Assembly (NCBI GenBank): GCA_035546035.1
Contig: DASZXC010000014.1
Coordinates: forward strand, 1,323-65,322
Source of the DNA: Minisyncoccota bacterium
Lineage (GTDB): Bacteria; Patescibacteriota; Minisyncoccia; Phycocordibacterales; UBA6065
Length of the DNA stretch: 64,000 nucleotides
Reading direction: 5' to 3'
Shown in pieces: positions 62,552 through 64,000 of the stretch. Every line of letters begins with the position of its first letter. Within the stretch, counting starts at the first letter, position 1. The notes beneath the pieces are model-generated. The model was given only the letters and a program-made list of their open reading frames with translations, did not search any database and was not told where the DNA came from. Made by a program: the position numbers and the translations under genes.

Positions 62552-64000
62552 ATGTCAGAGGCTGCCTCTTTTACCCCGTATTCGGCGGAGTATCTCTCTC
62601 TTCTCGCTCGCAAGAAAAAGCTAGCTGCCAAAAAGATAGGCAAGACCTGGTATACGACCAAGGCGATCCTGGACGAATACATGAAGCGTCAGATGATCAG
62701 AAACCAGATCCAGCACGGCGACCTTTCGGCTGTGACCGCCGTCCAGGCTGCTCCGGCCCAGCCGGCGCCTGTCACTCTTGCCGCGACTCCTATACAATCA
62801 GTGCCTGCTGCGCCCGGAATGATTGTATTTAACAAGGCCGCGTCCGGCGATCATCCGCATACGAGCCGCGTGCGCACGTTCCATGGCGATCTCAAAAATT
62901 ATCTCAACGGCCTTAACGCCCAGGAGAAAAAGATCGGGCTCGCAGAAACCCCAAGGCCAGTGATCAAGGTCCCTGTCATCGCTCCGCAGCCTATCGCACC
63001 CGCGCCTTTGCCGAAGACCGATCCTGATCCGATCGCCGCAACTCTCGCCGAGATATCGAAGAAGCTCGACAAGGTTCGCGTGCTTCCGGGCCAGCCGAAC
63101 ATCGTCACGCGATCCTGGAGGACGATATTCGGCAGCAAGACGCTCATATACGCGACGGTCGCCGTCATCGTCTTCTTTTCGATTTTCCCGACGCCGTTCG
63201 TATTCGGATTCTTCGACGGCGCGGTCGCTGCCGCAAAGAAAGCATGGACCGATGCCAATACGGTCATGGGCTTCAGGCCGGGCACGCACCAGAACGAGAT
63301 ACTCCTTCTCGACAAAGAGGGCAACGTCTCGATCATGGGCCACATCGAGACCGACGGCCAATTCCGCTCGTACGCCAAGGACGGCATAGCACCGATCGTC
63401 GTAGACTCGAAGACCCTGGTCAAAAACCTCAACGCCGAGATGCTCGACGGCAGCAAGTCCGGCGATTTCACGCTCGCCTTTGTGACCAAGAACGGCAATG
63501 TCACGACCGACGACGTCTATCTCGACGGAAACGTCGAAGTGGGTAAGACGCTCCTCGTCAAAGGCGCGACTAGGCTCCTCTCTGCCGTGGAGATAGACGG
63601 CGGCCTTTCCGTGTTCGGCGACGCGAAGTTCGCGAAATCGATCACCGTCGACGGCCCGGCATTCTTCAACGCCGTCCTCAACGCGTCGAATATCCATTCG
63701 ACGGGAGTCGCTTCGCTCGGCGAAGTGATCACGACCGGTAATGTCGCCGTCGGCAAGAACGTCCGCGTCCGCGGCTCGGCGGAGGTTTCCCGCGATCTCG
63801 TCGTCGCAGGCACGGGCTCGTTCGGATCGGCCGGCGTGTCCGGAGACTTCTCGGCCGAAGGAGAGATCGCTCTCGGCAATCCGTCCGACACTATCACTAT
63901 AGACGCGTCGAATGCGGCGCTCGATGAAGAGGGGAACCTTTCCGTGGACGGAAGGATCGTCGCTGGCAATATCTCGGTCTCGAATGCGAATATCGGCGAC
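62552..64000 (+). CDS. Giant cell-surface repeat protein, 3'-truncated at window edge: N-terminal HTH_17-like domain, one TM, then beta-helix-type repeats
   Basis: Hand translation from ATG 62552 (frame 2) is stop-free to 64000; it is absent from the ORF track, probably because it has no in-window stop. N-terminus SEAASFTPYSAEYLSLLARKKKLAAKKIGKTWYTTKAILDEYM (HTH_17-like). TM LIYATVAVIVFFSIFPTPFVFGFF. Repeats G(N/D)V.(V/I)G....(V/L)...G...(V/L) as in the N-terminal part of gene 1..5402. Confidence 0.7.
   Translation, partial: MSEAASFTPYSAEYLSLLARKKKLAAKKIGKTWYTTKAILDEYMKRQMIRNQIQHGDLSAVTAVQAAPAQPAPVTLAATPIQSVPAAPGMIVFNKAASGDHPHTSRVRTFHGDLKNYLNGLNAQEKKIGLAETPRPVIKVPVIAPQPIAPAPLPKTDPDPIAATLAEISKKLDKVRVLPGQPNIVTRSWRTIFGSKTLIYATVAVIVFFSIFPTPFVFGFFDGAVAAAKKAWTDANTVMGFRPGTHQNEILLLDKEGNVSIMGHIETDGQFRSYAKDGIAPIVVDSKTLVKNLNAEMLDGSKSGDFTLAFVTKNGNVTTDDVYLDGNVEVGKTLLVKGATRLLSAVEIDGGLSVFGDAKFAKSITVDGPAFFNAVLNASNIHSTGVASLGEVITTGNVAVGKNVRVRGSAEVSRDLVVAGTGSFGSAGVSGDFSAEGEIALGNPSDTITIDASNAALDEEGNLSVDGRIVAGNISVSNANIGD

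Overview
This is a GC-rich (~58-60%), gene-dense 64 kb bacterial chromosomal window with about 70 protein genes on both strands and two tRNAs (Asn-GTT on +, Glu-CTC on -). There are no rRNA genes, CRISPR arrays, transposases or integrases. Housekeeping content includes typA, proS, lysS, greA, frr, rseP, murA, def-fmt next to priA, hpf, rplU and lepB, and a partial dcw cluster (mraZ-rsmH-ftsL-like-ftsI-murF). There are also two mreB paralogs (one in an mreB-mreC-mreD-like-PBP2 operon), an ECF sigma/anti-sigma pair, an orphan OmpR-type response regulator, and redox-repair genes (dsbA-like, bcp, msrA, msrB). The accessory content is dominated by cell-surface genes. A giant beta-propeller/beta-helix repeat protein is truncated at the left edge (ends at 5402). 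A second giant protein of the same family starts at 62552 with an N-terminal excisionase-type HTH and runs off the right edge. A contiguous dockerin-protein plus two membrane-anchored cohesin-protein set lies at 6814-10734. Two paralogous class-A beta-lactamase-fold serine hydrolases are each embedded in a surface-protein locus, with a peptidoglycan-binding secreted protein and a 3x120-aa tandem-repeat secreted protein near the second. Other points worth checking are a PriA homolog lacking Walker A and DExH motifs, a ~260-nt ORF-free structured region with a GNRA-loop terminator between mreB and a holB-like gene (possible long SRP RNA), an AT-rich island upstream of the second giant gene with repeated CGTATCGG/CCGATACG motifs, and a near-consensus sigma70 promoter plus SD in front of an unknown gene. 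Gene content (short delta-prime, AddA-like helicase-nuclease without a partner, many giant surface proteins) fits a small-genome lineage such as Patescibacteria/CPR, but that is inference only. Many long ORFs in the six-frame track are antisense artefacts of the GC-rich sequence and were not called.
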